Origin: Negaprion brevirostris
Lineage: Eukaryota
NCBI GenBank assembly: GCA_030324005.1
Contig: JARDVH010000097.1
Span: 14,705,724 to 14,769,723 of the forward strand
Direction of reading: 5' to 3'
Length of the DNA stretch: 64,000 nt
Notes under the pieces: generated by a model
The model's input: only the letters and a program-made list of their open reading frames with translations
Database searches by the model: none
Told to the model about the DNA's origin: nothing
Translations under genes and position numbers: made by a program
Part shown: one piece after another, positions 51,901 through 60,228 of the stretch
How positions within the stretch are numbered: the first letter of the stretch is position 1
Layout: every line of letters begins with the position of its first letter

Positions 51901-54900
51901 AATTCTCACGTCATAAGTTGGTGATATATTCATTTGTTTGAATGGATCAAAGTACAAGAAAGGACCATCAAGGCTTAAGCCCACCATCCAAGCACAGCGA
52001 AAATATGACGAATCCCTCAACCACGCAATTACCTGGAACATGCAACAGCAGAAGTAATCCAGCAGCAAACTTGGACGTAGCTCTGGGAAATTTCTTTCTA
52101 ACTCCCCAAGGCGATTAAAAAGGCTTCACAAGACCTAGCCAACATACAGATTCAAAACAAAACTACGAACAATTCATCTTCTGTAACTGGAAATCTGCGA
52201 TTCACTCAAGAATCTCTCCAAGCTTCTTTGTAANNNNNNNNNNNNNNNNNNNCTTCTGGGCATCTGCCTGTCCATTTTGTAACTATGACTTTCCATCTTT
52301 TCATCCAATCTCAACCTATCCAAACCTGACTAAATTCAAATCCTTTATTTTGAAAGCTTCTTCAATGTAGTGGGAGTATATGGGAAAGCAATCTGTGAAA
52401 AAACAGCACCTTTGGATTACATTTTAAATGAAGACAATAAAGCTCCAAATAGATTTACAGGAAAACTAAATAGGCTCCTAAAAAAAAATGATAGGGAAGC
52501 AAGAAAATTATACTCTTTTGGTAACAGAAGATAAATGCTGAGCCACAATACTTAGGATATGAAAATATAGCTGAAGGCATAATCATAAGAAACAACTACT
52601 GAAATCTGGAGAGCTGCATAGGTAAATGGCGTATTATGATAAAATAAATGCTCCATCAATTCAGATGACAAAGTATGCAGTGAATCCAGACTGCAGATGT
52701 CAGGATTAAAACAAAACTTGAAATTAAATTGAATAAATCAAAAAATGCAAAGTAAAAGTTGGGGTAGCAATATATACAGTGAGTCTGANNNNNNNNNNNN
52801 NNNNNNNNNNNNNNNNNNNNNNNNNNNNNNNNNNNNNNNNNNNNNNNNNNNNNNNNNNNNNNNNNNNNNNNNNNNNNNNNNNNNNNNNAATATATACAGT
52901 GAGTCTGATTGTGCTTAAGGGTGGCAGTGCTCAAAAGCAGAACAATTCTGTTTTAGGTACTCCATCTCAGGAACATATTAGATAAAACATTCAAGAGATT
53001 AGAATCAATCTCTTGCTATTCTATTCAAATATGCTGCCTTAAACCCAACCACAGACACACACATATATACATTGGACAGACCAGACTGATATCTCTGGTC
53101 TTTTAATTGAAAAAATGGCTCAAGGTTCCCATTAGGGCACTTTTCTGTTTGGATTCATTGAGACCAGGACATTGGCGAGACAAGGACAGTCACGCTGATG
53201 TATCAAACTTCCTCATTAAAGTGACAAAAATCCCAAGAGTTAGTTGCTTGAATGCACAACTTTACCACTGGATTAAAAGAGCCCTGTGTTCGCAGCGCAA
53301 ACACAGGAAATTGGCTCTGAGAGCTAGAATTAAACAAGCAGCAATGTAAAAGTGCCTTTACTCAAATCTGATTACTTAGGGGGAAAAAAGTTGCTAATGA
53401 GAGCTGAATTTGATCCCAGGTCAAAGGAAGAGATTATGTACCTCCCTAATTAACTAGTTCCTTGGACAACAGGCAAACTTATATTCAAATATAAATGCAG
53501 GAAATCCTAGAAATACTCAGCAGGTCTGGCAGCAGTTGGGGAGACAGAATCAGAGTTAACATTTTAGGTCAAAGTCCTTTCATCAGAACTGGAAAAAGTT
53601 TGAGATGGAACATGTTTTAAACCAATAGGGAGGCAAGGAAAAGCTGTGGGATGGGTGGGTGAAGAACACTTTTGTAATTATGTGAGAGGTTAGAGAGATT
53701 ACTTGATAAAAAAGGATGACACTACAGACAAAAAGAGAGGCAATGAGAGAAGTGAAAAAAAAAAATGAGGTGTCTGGAAGAGGTTTAAATGGGAAAAGCA
53801 GAATCATCAAAAAAAACAAACACCAAACAAGAAATATAAAAAAAGGACAGTTAATTGAAATGCTTTACTTAATTCTTCAACAAATTTATATATTTTTTAA
53901 AATTTTCTAGCTCCTTGGACTAATCTCCTAACTTCTGCAAAGAGGGAAGCAAAGCTACAATACTCACCAGCCAATTAACTCATAACCTTTCTGCGATATC
54001 AGTTTTTTTTCCCCCTTTCGCTTCAGTGATCCTAATCTGCTGCACAACTATCCCAACCTCCAGTAACCAGAAAGTACTCTGCAAAAAGACCATTCAACCT
54101 TTCTCGGACCTGCCCGTTGTAGAGGGAATTGCACCAGAAGTGAGACACTGTCCCACCCAGGTTTGTTTGTGGCATTGGATGGTGAGAACAGAGGAGGTAA
54201 AAGAGGTATTCTATATCCACTACCTGAATGGGAAAGCACAAGAGCAATGGAGAAGTGAATCAAAATGTTACATAGAGAACCATGCCTTAGAAATGCTGAA
54301 AGGGGAAGGTTTGGCATAGATGTGCTCGCTGGGAATGGCAGCAGATGATATGATGAAGATGGAGGTGGGTGGAAGGCAAGGATATGGGCACCTCTTATCA
54401 TGTTTCTGTAATGGGGTGGAAAAAGCTGAGAACAGATTTGAGGGATGGAACATCCACAGTTGTCAACCATAGTGCCGGGAAATCCTCAGTTGAAGAAGAC
54501 GACATACATAAGTGTTGGTATGGAAAATTGCATCATACGAACAGATGATTCTTTGCAGAAAGCAGGGTGTGAGAAAACAGTCAAGATAGTTTATGGTGAA
54601 TAATATCTTATTCTCTGATTGCATTGTTTCCAAACGCTGGTTGTTGGTGCTGATTCTGCTAGTCTTATTTACACCCCCGAGACACAGCTTTAATTTCTTC
54701 GCTTCTCCCATTACCTAACACACAACCCCTCCCCGGCCGTTATGTCTTGCACCATCAGCCCTTTTGTCATTTAATCTCTTCTACCTTACAACCCATCACG
54801 ACCTACCCTTTTCTTTCTCTTGTCTTACTTATACATTTTTAAATGATCTTAGCTCTGTTGAAATTGGAGGCTTTACTTGTTTCTCCTTCCATAGATGCTC

Positions 54901-55205
54901 CCAGACCTGCTGAGTGTTTCCAGTGTTTTCTGTTGTTACTTTGGATTTTTGCACGCACTTTGCTTTTGTATACATGGATACAAAACCACATATCTCTGGG
55001 TATACTGCACAGCTCTACAAGATCGAACGCTAATATTTTCCTTTATTACTAAGACGTATGTGAACATAGGATGTTCTTTACTATACCTTTCTGTAGGAAG
55101 ACATCTAATTGGTCAACACACAGTGCCTTCAATTCCTTCTCAGTTTTATCCTTCTTTACTAAAGCAACCACATATTTAGCAAGTGCGGATGGATCTGCAT
55201 CACAT
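3836..55205 (-). CDS. RBM26: RNA-binding protein 26, partial spliced CDS (20 internal exons; first and last coding exons not found in window)
   Basis: Spliced translation CDADPSALAKYVVALVKKDK...RCRDYDEKGFCMRGDMCPFDHG...NTKLELRKVP...GQDLQLAWFKP follows vertebrate RBM26 in order (ALAKYV, TTESWSE, KRGILS favour RBM26 over RBM27). All introns GT-AG; exon lengths sum to 2878 nt = 1+959x3. Confidence 0.96.
6497..6822 (+). mobile_element. tRNA-derived SINE (HE1-like)
   Basis: gtggcacagtggttaacactgctgcctcacagcgccagggaccc ... gatgggccgaatggcc..ctgtagggattctatg. Confidence 0.87.
6986..7072 (-). CDS. RBM26: RBM26 exon 20 (RRM2), 87 nt
   Basis: taAG|CAA TTT...GAG GCT|GTGAGT; QFGEIEDCQIDDCSHHAVITYKTRAEAEA. 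Confidence 0.95.
7249..7560 (+). mobile_element. tRNA-derived SINE (HE1-like)
   Basis: tggcacagtggcaagcactgctgtctcacagc..gggttcaattc; same core and tail. Confidence 0.82.
7890..8290 (-). mobile_element. L2-like LINE 3' end
   Basis: gcttcataggaacattatcaaacaaaatttgacatcaa..acataagg motif, also seen at 19820 and 40250. Confidence 0.55.
9183..9386 (-). CDS. RBM26: RBM26 exon 19 (RG/RGG box, RRM2 start), 204 nt
   Basis: gcAG|GCT GCC...TTT GCA|GTAAGT; AAKRGILS...RGRGRG...VVDHRPKSLNISGF. Confidence 0.95.
10513..10617 (-). CDS. RBM26: RBM26 exon 18, 105 nt
   Basis: atAG|ATG CAG...CTA GAG|GTAGGA; MQRELLDTELDLYKKVQAGEDITGLRKKYNELQLE. Confidence 0.95.
11045..11342 (-). mobile_element. tRNA-derived SINE
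   Basis: Reverse complement head gcactgtgaggcagcagtgctaaccattatgccacc; same subfamily tail as the 3490 copy. Confidence 0.85.
11352..11655 (+). mobile_element. tRNA-derived SINE (HE1-like), partly gapped
   Basis: gtggcacagtggcaagcactg..ggagtttgcacattctccctgtgtctgcgtgggtttcctcc.. Confidence 0.83.
11961..12040 (-). pseudogene. 5'-truncated U6 snRNA pseudogene/retrocopy
   Basis: Minus strand AAAATTGGAACAATACAGCAAAGATTAGTATGGCCCCTGCGCAAGGATGACACACAAATTTGTGAAGC aligns to U6 from about nt 27 onward with mostly CpG-type substitutions; ACAGAGA box damaged; 5' stem-loop absent. Confidence 0.9.
12525..12692 (-). CDS. RBM26: RBM26 exon 17 (coiled coil), 168 nt
   Basis: tttAG|ATC TTG...GCT CAG|GTATTG; ILISKLEKNKKMKSEDKTEIMKTLQ...KTKAQ. 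Confidence 0.94.
14697..14771 (-). CDS. RBM26: RBM26 exon 16, 75 nt
   Basis: ttcAG|GAT ACG...CAA AAG|GTATTT; DTLRLQQDVRKKKREILEKHIETQK. Confidence 0.94.
15161..15330. mobile_element. Fold-back Penelope-like terminal-repeat element
   Basis: Two inverted copies of the cagatgct..acctgctgag..ccagcattt motif, separated by about 7 nt. Confidence 0.7.
15850..17120 (+). mobile_element. Degenerate pogo/Tigger-family (DDE) DNA transposon
   Basis: Broken frames: RQKTKIVQRLPKDL, GNMDKRPMNFKM (cf. GNMDETPM), MVIFK..IKFPEG, RHTGGLHKECSLLMWDIFRS, LDMSLNKQFKDHV (cf. LDVxxNKPFK). Confidence 0.75.
17425..17544 (-). CDS. RBM26: RBM26 exon 15, 120 nt
   Basis: gcAG|GTG TTA...AAA CAG|GTTTGT; VLSTTTGLTKTVYNPAALKAAQK. 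Confidence 0.94.
17911..17985 (-). CDS. RBM26: RBM26 exon 14, 75 nt (symmetric phase 0, cassette-type)
   Basis: gtcAG|AAT GCA...GAA AAG|GTAAGA; NANKLSVRDRLGFVTKRLEPAPTEK. Confidence 0.9.
18240..18850 (-). mobile_element. LINE (CR1/L2 group) RT-3' fragment
   Basis: Antisense of EYSPLA...FEELDIIQGKAALLIG-type text plus 3' UTR; related pieces at 51795-52110 (+) and 62245-62340 (-). Confidence 0.65.
19069..19209 (-). CDS. RBM26: RBM26 exon 13, 141 nt
   Basis: taAG|GTG ATT...ATT CAG|GTATGT; VKQSVKDRLGPLP. Confidence 0.9.
19790..20030 (-). mobile_element. L2-like LINE 3' end
   Basis: gtcccaaagcgcttcaccggagc..tgacaccaagctacataagg. Confidence 0.55.
20520..20860 (+). mobile_element. RTE-clade LINE 3' end
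   Basis: LATGSQPARRPYFCYKDTCKRSMK and C-terminal zinc finger FICSKCDRGCHARVGLLNH. Confidence 0.8.
21050..21211 (-). CDS. RBM26: RBM26 exon 12 (RRM1 C-part), 162 nt
   Basis: caAG|GTT GCT...CAA AAG|GTAACT; VAYQGDLEGALIQF...VLNNRFIKVYWHRE. Confidence 0.95.
22062..22272 (+). mobile_element. 5'-truncated HE1-like SINE
   Basis: gtgcaggttaggtggat..gagagttggtgcagactcg..agggattctat. Confidence 0.75.
24445..24604 (-). CDS. RBM26: RBM26 exon 11 (RRM1 N-part), 160 nt
   Basis: acAG|G TCA AAT...TTG CAG|GTGGGA; ENTKLELRKVPQELNNISKLNEHFSKFGTIVNLQ. Confidence 0.95.
25212..25402 (-). mobile_element. HE1-like SINE 3' part
   Basis: aaatccctacagtgcagg..gagtctgcaccaactc..ggggcaatttagcatgg. Confidence 0.75.
25815..27540 (+). 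mobile_element. CR1 LINE fragments (two 3' ends) with nested SINE
   Basis: ggatagaggactggttg..aacagaaaa, gccaatgacaccaagat, aaaatgtgagtttgtccactttggc; tails at about 26050 and 27530. Confidence 0.8.
26432..26668 (-). mobile_element. tRNA-derived SINE inserted in CR1
   Basis: Reverse complement SINE interrupts CR1 RT text between tatttacaa and atctacatcaattacttggac. Confidence 0.8.
28458..28602 (-). CDS. RBM26: RBM26 exon 10, 145 nt
   Basis: tttAG|CT GTA AAC...GAC AA|GTAATT; AVNITVKTEKPAANSNNMRIVVDSESRKRTIG...KKSWFDK; phase 1 to phase 2 fits neighbours. Confidence 0.88.
28720..29095 (-). mobile_element. L2-like LINE 3' fragment
   Basis: tacttcagagaaacgtaatcagaccaaaattgtcactgagc; similar to other L2-like copies in the window. 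Confidence 0.5.
29101..30886 (-). mobile_element. CR1 LINE, 5'-truncated, relatively young
   Basis: KMAEALNRRFVSVFTVED, KSPGPDGMHSRMLKE, VIKKANGVLSFIARGMEFK, FFTQSVANLWNSLP; tail (gttcttat)n. Confidence 0.92.
31130..32050 (+). mobile_element. CR1 LINE RT/3' fragment
   Basis: SVLGPPLFVIYINDL; RLKGNLIEVYKIMRGIDKV..WNKLPEVVVEAG. Confidence 0.9.
32735..33135 (+). mobile_element. Old CR1 fragment
   Basis: gtattgtgccagttttgaacaccacacttcagg..ttggagaaggtgcag..tggaatgcattaccc. Confidence 0.7.
33931..34071 (-). CDS. RBM26: RBM26 exon 9, 141 nt
   Basis: gtAG|AG CCC TAT...CGA G|GTACAG; PYETDGYNPEAPS...QRPNLIGLTSGDMDLPPR. Confidence 0.95.
36399..36542 (-). CDS. RBM26: RBM26 exon 8 (Pro-rich), 144 nt
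   Basis: ttttAG|TT GGC CCC...GCA G|GTAATT; GPPPPLPPLQPPGLDVPPNS. Confidence 0.93.
36655..37215 (-). mobile_element. Deu-domain SINE (SacSINE1/AmnSINE-like) interrupted by a Penelope terminal repeat at 36833-36965
   Basis: L2-type tail cctgcatttatatagcacctttc; head rc tgtgactcaggtaagagtgctgccactga; similar to 44760-45140. Confidence 0.6.
37738..37840 (-). mobile_element. Penelope-like terminal repeat with hammerhead core
   Basis: Minus: GAGCT-CTGACGA-AGAGTCACCCTGACTT-GAAAC-GGCGGCTC-TATTCTTTCTCCGTAGATGCAG. Confidence 0.75.
38339..38578 (-). CDS. RBM26: RBM26 exon 7 (CCCH zinc finger, Pro-rich), 240 nt
   Basis: acAG|AA AAG GGT...GCA G|GTAAAG; KGFCMRGDMCPFDHGSDPVVVEDVNLPG. Confidence 0.96.
38684..38858. 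mobile_element. Possible Tigger-type MITE remnant
   Basis: TACAGTAGAAGCCTCTTAAT ... ATTAACTAGTATGTACCGT imperfect terminal inverted repeats. Confidence 0.4.
39024..39281 (-). CDS. RBM26: RBM26 exon 6, 258 nt
   Basis: aaAG|AG CGA GAT...GAT G|GTAAG; KYDLDRT...HHGNTTTESWSEYHEDQ...KKRCRDYD. Confidence 0.95.
40230..40660 (-). mobile_element. L2-like LINE 3' fragment
   Basis: atcccatgatacttcacaggag..ggccaaaagcttgg..gcagagttttgaatgagctcaag. Confidence 0.6.
41573..41763 (-). CDS. RBM26: RBM26 exon 5 (RS-rich), 191 nt
   Basis: ttttAG|A AAC CGC...AGA G|GTAGTT; RDSYRDRYNRRRGRSRSYSRSRSRSWSKER. Confidence 0.93.
44105..44196 (-). CDS. RBM26: RBM26 exon 4, 92 nt
   Basis: atAG|GGA AGC AAA...AAC CG|GTAA; GSKDEDDRDKKFTRRLNHSPLQSGSRHRDN. 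Confidence 0.92.
44310..44446 (-). CDS. RBM26: RBM26 exon 3, 137 nt
   Basis: acAG|AC ACC CAT...GAT GAG|GTATGT; THTFVEKLFEAITAKSYLPHSEQ...EDRKDE. Confidence 0.93.
44760..45140 (+). mobile_element. Deu-domain SINE (SacSINE1-like)
   Basis: ggatgcaaaagatcccatgacgctatt..gattatctggtcaacatcacatggctgtttgtggg..ataaatgcaaatcttt. Confidence 0.65.
45428..46046 (-). mobile_element. HE1-like SINE split by a CR1 insertion
   Basis: SINE 3' part 45428-45575, 5' part 45918-46046 (gcagcagtgctaaccactgtgcca). Confidence 0.75.
45571..45917 (+). mobile_element. CR1 LINE (APE endonuclease region, gap, 3' tail)
   Basis: GDFNLHIDW..EEFLECC..FLEQCVLEPMREQAILDLVLCN; after gap ggcctactcctgctcctatttcttat tail. Confidence 0.88.
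46470..47135 (-). mobile_element. Old CR1 3' fragment
   Basis: RFMRMAPGMRNFSYVGRLDKLGLFSLKKRLSRDLMEILKIMKG. Confidence 0.8.
48845..51808 (+). mobile_element. Degenerate Ty3/Gypsy LTR retrotransposon with both LTRs
   Basis: Direct repeats about 48845-49075 and about 51485-51808, both ending ttaccaca; PBS-like TGGCAACAAGG; Gag MAMFQAVGEFDETSEDWVEYVQRV; protease LEVHTGAS; RT RICGDYK, KLDMSQA, SLDDILIT; integrase remnant SNGLPERIVQ; G-rich PPT at 51467-51482. Confidence 0.88.
53485..54950 (-). mobile_element. Penelope-like element remnant with inverted terminal repeats
   Basis: Terminal repeat on minus at 53490-53590 (CTGATGA core) and on plus at 54870-54950; internal CNSLYNGQVRERLNGLFAEYF resembles GIY-YIG. 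Confidence 0.7.
55087..55205 (-). CDS. RBM26: RBM26 exon 2 (PWI domain), 119 nt
   Basis: tacAG|A TGT GAT GCA...CAG AAA G|GTATAG; CDADPSALAKYVVALVKKDKTEKELKALCVDQLDVFLQK. Confidence 0.95.
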
Positions 55206-56329
55206 CTGTAACAGAACACATGCAAAAAAAACTGAAGTCCAATAATACTAATACCATTTTCAACAATAACGTATTGAATTATGTTGAGTACACATTTTTA
55301 AAGATTACGAATGACTCATTTTAAAAATTATGATAAAAGGTTTCAATTTTGAAAGGATAAATTTGTTTACAAAAAGATGCCAGCTTCCCGTGATCCTTTC
55401 TCCTGGAGTACATAGGTCATTCTTAATTTTTTGTAAAAATCTAGTAACTGAGAGTCAATGTAAGCCAAGAACCTTTTACAAAATCAGATTTGTCTCTTCC
55501 CAGCACAACAGTTTACAGCCACTTCAGTAAACCTTAAAATTAGTTGTATTTTAAAAGGTAAGTCATTGCCACATTTATTTGCATACATTCTCTTGTTGCA
55601 TGATGACAAGAATCAGTATTGGAAACTATGACTAAAGCTTTTGTCCACATAACTAACTCAATTTCACAAAGATGAAAGGTACCTCAGTGCAAATTTGCTT
55701 ACTCTTAACGTCTCATTTTACCCTAATCACAAGTAAAATGAGCAAGTACATGAAGAAAGTGCAAATCAATGAATCACAATGCAGAAAGGTTCAACTGTGT
55801 GTTGATCATGTCTAGATAGCTGCAAAATCAAGCCAGTTTGCAGATTATCCAGATAAAAACATACATGAAGGTAACATACACGATGTGCAATGCCACAATC
55901 TAGGGAATATGATATGTATGGATGTGCAGAAATAAAGAATGGTTACAGCATAGGAGGTGAGCACAAACTCCATCATGTCCATGCCAACCCTCTAACAGCC
56001 AACTCAACTAGTCTCACTCCCCATGTTTTACCCCATGCCACTAAAAAAAAGTGCACATACAAACCTTGGTGTATTTGGAGTTGAAGCCAGATAACAGAAT
56101 GGGATAAATAGTTGCAGAGCAACAGGAGTCAACGGTTTTTGCAGTGACATTAACAGCACACAAGTGGAAGTTCTCATTAATTCAGCTGGTTTCTATTCAA
56201 GTCTGGAAGGGGTTGCCTCTTAACAAGTATAAAACCATCATTGACACAAACCTTTACATTATTCTTATGCATACTGACTTCCACGTTGCTCTTGATTTTA
56301 GTGAGTAATGACTGCAAAAATGGAAAATT

Positions 56330-56750
56330 CAGGCTGACAAAGTGCAGAGAGGATGTTAACCTAATTGATGGGACATAAACTATTCAACAGAAGATGATGG
56401 AGGGAAACCAGTAAAGGTACTTAATATTATGAGGAATTTGAATGGAGCAAATGGCTTCCATTTGAGGACAGAATCAAAAGCAATAAATATGGGATAACAT
56501 AGCCAACTAAAGATCAAACAATGAGTTTCCAGCAAATTTCTGTATAGAAAATNNNNNNNNNNNNNNNNNNNNNNNNNNNNNNNNTTCAGTTATGTGGATT
56601 GACTGACTCATTTCCGGATAGCTTTAACATATACATGAAAGAGAATGAAAAACGGATATGGGGACAGAGTGGGAAGAGGCTTCTGTGGAGAATAAACACT
56701 GGCATAGACCAAGCAGGCCAAATCACTTGTGGTTGTGTTGCAGATTCTAC
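56330..56750 (+). mobile_element. Old CR1 3' fragment
   Basis: gaggcttctgtggagaataaacactggcatagacc..ggccaaat tail. Confidence 0.55.
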
Positions 56751-57411
56751 TTAACAGCAATATAGAGTAGTGGACTGGGTCAACTCAAAGTTTATACAAA
56801 GAGCATTTTACTTGGAGTAGAGAGACACAGCACCTTCAGCAACTCAGTAACCTTAACCTCACATGCCCCCACAACTCCCAAAATTTTCTTTCTACTCCGC
56901 ACAGATGAAGATTTGCATCTAACCACAAACATAATGCTCTAATTTACCTCGTGGTGGGGATCACAGTGATAGCGCTACTATTGATCATCATCACTGATTA
57001 AGGAGTATCCATCATCTTGCATTAGAATTCGGTTGGCAAAGAGGTAACTGAGGAAGAGGACAATGACACTGTGTGTGCAATCAGAAAAACTGGGAGTGAA
57101 AATGGACAGCAGGAAATTGCCCTTCTGCAAATAATAGCACCTGGGCAGCAAATTGTTTGCATCTTTAGAAATGCATCTGCTCTCGAGTTATCTGCATCTG
57201 CCTCCCTTTCACTCCCACCATCTTTAGCTACTGCAGTAGGCACTAGCAGACCAAACAATTCAGACTATATAGTCAGCTGCACTCCCTAGTCATTTTGTCA
57301 ACGATTAGTGCAAGCACCACCAAAATGCTACCCTGTGTTTCAAGAATTTTCTCAAGTCCATCTCAGCATAACAGTCATAAGATCTAAGTCAACTATTAAA
57401 GTAACCTGAAA

Positions 57412-58440
57412 TAAGCAAAAATACTGCAGATGCTGGAATCTGAAACAAGAACGAAGGATGCCGGAAAAGCTCAGCCAGACATCTGTGGGAAGAAAAACAG
57501 ACTTGATGTTTAGAGTCCGTTTGAGTCTTCATCATATAGTTGAGTTAAAATAGCAAGCAACAGGAAGGTTGGGGTCATGTTTGTGGCCTTTAATGAGGGT
57601 GGACGAGGTAAATGGCAGGTGTTGCATCTTCTGTGATTGAAATAGCAAAAGGTGCAACACCTGAGCCTTTATTTCCTCACCCTTCAGTCCTCAAACACTA
57701 TTTTCAGGTTAAGCAGCACTTGGACGTCCTTAAATGAAGGCAACATACACAATGATGTACAATGTCACAATCTAGTGAATGTGATATGTATGGATGTGCA
57801 GAAGTATAGAATTAAAGAGTGGCTACAGCATAGGTGAGCACAATTGTGCAATGCCACAATCTAGTGAATTACTGTATCAATTATTGTAGTCACTGCTCCC
57901 AGTGCAGTCTCCTCTACATCAAGAGGGTTAAATGCAAGCTGGGTACCTGCTTTGTAGAACACCTTGGCTCAGTCTGTAACCTTTCTGTTGCTTGCTATTT
58001 TAACTCAGCACTTTTCTCTTACGCTCACATGTCCATCTTTGGCCTGATGCAAAGCAGGTGTGGAGCCCAACCTAAGCTGGAGGAACAGCATCTCATCTTC
58101 TGATTATGCATGTTACAGATCTCAAGACTCAAAATCAAGTTCAACAACTTTAGACTGCGACCTTTCTCCTCCATCTTAATATCCCATACAATTATCACCG
58201 CAGCAAAATACCACCTACCACCCCCCCCAACTGTCACCACCACGCCCTCGGACCTTTGTTCTTAAGATTGCTACATCGTGCTGCAATTTTTCACGACTAC
58301 ACTTTAATATCTAATACATTTCTCCCTCTCTTTAGGTCTGATGAAGAGCCAAACAGAATCAAAACATTAACTCTTGTTTTCTCTCCCTACGGGTGCAACT
58401 AGACATGTCGAGATTTTCCAGCATTTTCTGTTCTTGATTC
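57412..58440 (+). mobile_element. Penelope-like element 3' part (GIY-YIG endonuclease remnant) between inverted terminal repeats
   Basis: CSQCSLLYIKRVKCKLGTCFVEHLGSV..VACYFNS..HMSIFGLMQ..KLEEQHLIF; plus repeat at 58335-58440 with CTGATGA core; inverted copy at 57412-57540. Confidence 0.82.
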
Positions 58441-59059
58441 TTGATCATATGGTTTTGTTACCATTTTATACCCTGAAGGATGAATTAAAAGATTTAGAAT
58501 AGATGAATTTCAAATCTTAGAAAAAACAATAGCTAATATACTTGTGGCAAAGATGTGAATCATAAGGCAAAAAAGGATAAGCAGACAAAAACAAACAAGT
58601 ATGAAACATGCTCTGAATTAATATAAATGAATATATCATGTTTCGGTATTTTCCATTTAAGGGAGTGGAGTCGCACAGATATTCTTAACATGAGAAATTC
58701 CATAATAAAAATACCATCCTAAGCTGTTCTTTTCAAAATGGAGGAAATTCAATAAGGGCAAACTATTAGACACAAAACTATTTTTTTTAACCTAATGAAA
58801 TATTTTTTCTAGTTGAGAAAGATGATGTTTTCTGACTTCCAGAGGCGAAAGTTCTTTTGTAGCACTTTGGGCCAGAGATAATTGCCCAAGGCTAAAAGTT
58901 CAAACTCAATAGCTCAAGTGACATAAACACAATAGGTGAATGTGGTTGGGCAAAGGAAACTTATGGGCAGTCTCTACTAATAAGGGGGAAACCAAAACCA
59001 ACAATGAGCTATGCACTGCTATAGCTGGGCATCCAACAACATATCTTTAGTTTGAGAAT

Positions 59060-59830
59060 TATCTGCACTCTTCAGAATTACAGAAATGGTACAGCAGAGA
59101 AGGCAATACAACCCAGTGACTGAGGTTCTCCAAAGATGCAACTTGAGCACCCAGAAATAGGTTAAACGAATGCTCTTATAGGAATCAGATGTAACCTGCT
59201 CTATGACGCTATTAATAAAGCTTAAGATACTATACGCTACATTAACCACTCTCANNNNNNNNNNNNNNNNNNNNNNNNNCTTTCAATGATATACACTTAC
59301 TTAAACCCAGGTCCTCTGCTCCTGCATCCCTGCAGAATTGTGATCATTATATACTGATTCTCCATTTCTTCCTACCAAAATAAATAATTTCACATTTCTA
59401 ATGCATTGAAATTAATCTGTCACCTCTCTGCTGATCTCACCAACTTATGTCCTTTTGAAGTTCTACAATATCCTCCTGCTTCATAATGCTTTCAAGTTTT
59501 GATTCATTCGCAAACTTTGAAATTATGCCCTCCAAAACAAGACCTAGGCAATTATACACCAGGAAGACCAGGTGTCATAACACTAGTCCCAACATTGATA
59601 CCTGGGAAATTCCAGCCTGAAGAAGATCCATTAACCTTACCCTGTTTCCTTTCACTTAGCCAATTTCCTATCCATGGTCCTAATGTTTCTTTTACCCTAG
59701 AGTTCCAATTTTGCTCAGAAGTCTGTTGTATGGCACTGTATCAAATGCCTTTTGGAGGTCCATGTACTGCATTACTCACACCAATCCTTTCTCTTATCTC
59801 CAGCAAGTTAAACTTTAAACTTGGGTAAAT
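59060..59830 (-). mobile_element. Old CR1 RT fragment
   Basis: Antisense motifs tcaaatgccttttggaggtccatgta, tcattcgcaaacttt, gcaacttgagcacccagaa. Confidence 0.65.
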
Positions 59831-59914
59831 ATGATTTTCAACTCAAAACAATTTTGCCCACAAGGCTATTGAAGTTGATAATGACAGGAACCAGCGTGTA
59901 TGAGTTTCACAGAT

Positions 59915-60228
59915 AGAATAGAATTCATAGTATCCCGACAGGGAGACCATTCGGCCCATCAAGCCTGCACCAACAACAATCCGATCCAGGTCCCATCCCC
60001 ATGTATTCACTGTACTACTCCCCCTGACACAAAGGGGCAATTTTGCATGGTCAATCAATCTAACCCGCATACCTATGGACTGTGGGAGGAAAATGGAGCA
60101 CCTGGAGGAAGCCCATGCAGACACAGGGAGAATATGCAAACTCCACACAGAGTCAGCCAAGGCCAGAATTGAATCAGAGTCCCTGGCATTGTGAGGCAGC
60201 AGTACTAACCACTCGACCACTGTGTCGT
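59915..60228 (-). mobile_element. tRNA-derived SINE (HE1-like)
   Basis: Reverse complement head gcattgtgaggcagcagtactaaccact; core atgcaaactccacacag; (ataga)n tail. Confidence 0.85.

Noticed and set aside
52769-52908. Identical 20-mer aatatatacagtgagtctga flanking a gap
   Set aside because: Most likely an assembly overlap artefact, not a TSD or array.
3836-55205. Assignment as RBM27
   Set aside because: Diagnostic stretches (ALAKYV, RRLNHSP, QRPNLIGLTSGDMDLPPR, TKTVYNPAALKAAQK) fit RBM26 better.
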